DNA of 64,000 bases from Octopus vulgaris (taxonomy: Eukaryota). This document shows positions 61,420-64,000 of the stretch, one piece after another. The translations under genes and the position numbers were made by a program. The stretch's first letter is position 1. Every line of letters begins with the position of its first letter. The notes below the pieces were generated by a model, which did not search any database, had not been told where the DNA came from, and worked only from the letters and a program-made list of their open reading frames with translations. The stretch lies in the NCBI GenBank assembly GCA_951406725.2, contig OX597814.1:20274001-20338000 (forward strand). The letters run 5' to 3'.

Positions 61420-62391
61420 TGCGCTGAAGTTCAGCTTGCCCGGGGCGCCAGCAAGCCGAGGGCCGGCCCCGCCTCAGACTTCGCTATCCAGTGTGACCTT
61501 TAAAAAAGAGTAGGTTGTGTTTGACGTGATACAATTTTTTAGATTAAAAAAGACGAGATGGTCTCAGTTGGAACGCTTTAAGAAAAGATGAAATAGTCAC
61601 TTGGAACGCTGCTAAATGATGGGATAGCCACAGTTGGAACGCCTTTAGTGAAAGATAGGTATTTAGAAATACGCGGTGATTTCACACAAGCAAATGAATC
61701 GGACGTGTTGTTTTTCATTTCGAAAATGCATTAAACGAGATAACAGATATTGCGAGGTTTGTTGAGCCAAAAATTTCCAAGGACTGAAAATACCCCCTCG
61801 TTTCAAAACAAAGTATATTTTTGCAACACACAAATAAAACAATAAGTAACACAACACTGTCCCTAAATGGGAAGGTCCTCTAAAATAAGAGAATAGGTAA
61901 GAAGAGGGTTACATATTTCGGTAGGGGAACGATATACGCGCAGGAAATTATCAAAAGGTTTTTGTGATTAATGTTACAAATGAAATCTTAATGAATCTGA
62001 TGGGGTAAGTGTTGTAACTCAATACAATGTAGCAACATGTGTGAATATTTATCTATCAATTCTTGGCTCCCACCATTCTCCTGCAGGACAAGAATTAAAA
62101 AAATACAAAAATCTCAGCAGGATGTTTTGAAAAAGGTTTTTACATATATTTCTATTTTTAATTCCACCTTTAATCACAGATAGGTATTATACTTGTTTTT
62201 TGAAACTCACTGAGTAGATGCCAAAATTGCTTTGTAATATTATCAGGCCTCACAATTAACCAACCAACCAACCAACCATGTCCTCAAACATGGGTTAGGA
62301 AAAAGAAAAATGCATATATAAATATAAAAAGTAAATCAATATGCATAACATTATTTTGCTTTAGCCTGGCTGCTTTCGCTTTGCTACAAAC

Positions 62392-62656
62392 ATGCTGAAA
62401 CAAATTGTGATCTCCGTGTGTAGTACTGTGATAGCCGTTAGTATTGTCGTTTTAATTCGTACTTTTACCTTCACTGTAAGAACTGACATTGTTATTCCCT
62501 GTCAGAAAACAGCGGAACATTCGAAGATTGATGTTGGAACAAATCCACAAATAGTAGAAAACTTTCGTCAAGCCCTAAGATTTAAGACCATCGCTTGGAG
62601 TCCTGGTGTTTATGAAACTGAAGAACTAACCAAGTTACGTCTTTTTATTGAGCAAA
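62392..62656 (+). CDS. PM20D1: First coding exon of a second, tandem PM20D1-like gene (signal/anchor N-terminus)
   Basis: aaacATG; hydrophobic stretch ending VVLIRTFTF; ENFRQALRFKTIAWSPG.YETEELTKLRLFIEQ matches the PM20D1 N-terminus; phase-1 donor A|GTatgt fits an exon-2-type acceptor. Confidence 0.82.
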
Positions 62657-62754
62657 GTATGTCCAATCTATATATATTTTTTATTTATCCTACCTTTCAG
62701 CATTATGCAATGAATAATATTTTATGTTCAGTATATTTAATGACATTAATAAGT

Positions 62755-62846
62755 TAAGTGGAAGCTTTAATTCTTTGGTTTCTATGCAAAAGGTGTGTCT
62801 AAGTGGAAGCTTTAATTCTTTGGTTTCTATGCAAAAGGTGTGTCTA
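62755..62846. repeat. Perfect 45-bp tandem duplication
   Basis: TAAGTGGAAGCTTTAATTCTTTGGTTTCTATGCAAAAGGTGTGTC x2. Confidence 0.95.
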
Positions 62847-64000
62847 ACTCATTCATATAATTATTTTAATACTGCTATAGTTAGAGTCATTTATCTAAAA
62901 CCACACTCATCCAGAATGTAAGCAGGTCCCAGGTGTTGTGACGGAGAAGCGCCATATTTTGTTTTGATGAGTGACAGTAAGCACCGACAATAAAATTCTC
63001 CGCAGAAAAATTTTTTTTAAAATAATAATGAAATTATTGTAAACAGTGCTCAGGTGCAGCACAATTTTCTTTATGCTGATACACATCATTCATCTATTGT
63101 ATATATTTTGAAGAAGTAAGAAATCGGCAGTCCTGAAATATTGCCTAAGAAATTATTATATACAGAATTAAGGCGATGAGCTGGTAGAATCGTTAGCACA
63201 CCAAGCAAAATGCTAAGCGATATTTTGTCCATCTTCAAGTTCTAATTCCTCCCAGGTTGACTTGGCTAGGGTCGATAAAATAAGTACCAGTCTCACACTG
63301 GTATCGATGAACTCGACTAGTCCCCTATCCCAAATTTCAGGCCTTGTGCCCGTAATTGAAAGGATGATATACATATTACGCTATAATAGTTACATTGTCC
63401 TCCGTGAAACGAATCTGTGACTTCGTCTCCGGATCCTACGTACAGGTAAAAACTGAAACATAATTGGCGGAGATCCAGATCAGGACACCCACATAAGTTG
63501 GATTTTCTCCGTTCTGACGGGGATTTTCCCAATTTTTTTCCCACTACGGCCTTTCAAATGAAAATTTGTTTGTTTTTTTTTTTGCACGACGCACTTTAAA
63601 AAAACCACGGGGGAAGCATTTTTTTGATAGAAAAAAAAGAAATGAAAATATTTTAAAACGAAAAGGAGTGTGATTTAAGGGAGATTTAGCTGTTGTTTCT
63701 AGCACATCCAACCCACGATAACCTGGTACCGTCTTTGGTTTTCCTCCCCGCTGCATCAGGCGTATTCGTGTGTGTTCGTGCATGTGTAAGAAAAAAAACA
63801 TATTTACTAACAGGAAGATGTATCATTAACAAAAAATTTTTGAAAATTTATTTTTGTTCAAACCCTCCCTCCGTTTGTTTCTCTTTACAATTTAAAAATA
63901 TTGGAGAGCATGAGGTCATTGCTGGGGTTTATCCACAGTGCTTTAAAGAAGGCATGTAAAAGATAAATTTATTATAATAGCATACTTTTCTGTTAGTAAA

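Noticed and set aside
62392-62656. First exon of the 6139-53025 gene itself
   Set aside because: It lies downstream on the same strand; this would need mis-assembly or trans-splicing, and a tandem paralog is simpler.

Overview
AT-rich, repeat-dense animal genomic DNA. The tRNA-headed SINEs with internal (TA)/(TG) tracts, RTE LINEs and dense microsatellites point to an octopod cephalopod (inference). The window holds 10 coding exons (6139-53025, +) of a PM20D1-like M20 metallo-amidohydrolase. All introns are GT-AG, the phases join into one open frame, all metal/catalytic motifs are present, and the protein ends in a KDEL-like KHAEL*. Its first coding exon lies upstream of the window. The first coding exon of a probable tandem paralog starts at 62392. 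Introns and the intergenic gap contain mariner, Tc1, Tigger, piggyBac-type MITEs, Helitrons, foldback palindromes, R4/Dong, HERO, CR1, copia, Gypsy and Penelope fragments, plus one near-full-length RTE LINE (44668-48666, -). Best leads: (1) that RTE, with an HDV-ribozyme-like 5' fold and a chimeric 5' HERO piece; (2) an intact Gypsy gag with a splice-acceptor-like 5' context and a -1 shift into a protease/Tigger fusion; (3) inverted mariner segments bracketing an in-frame two-exon block; (4) the HAEL terminus and tandem duplication of PM20D1. I see no clear wholly new system. Repeat boundaries are approximate and family calls rest on motif recognition, not database searches.
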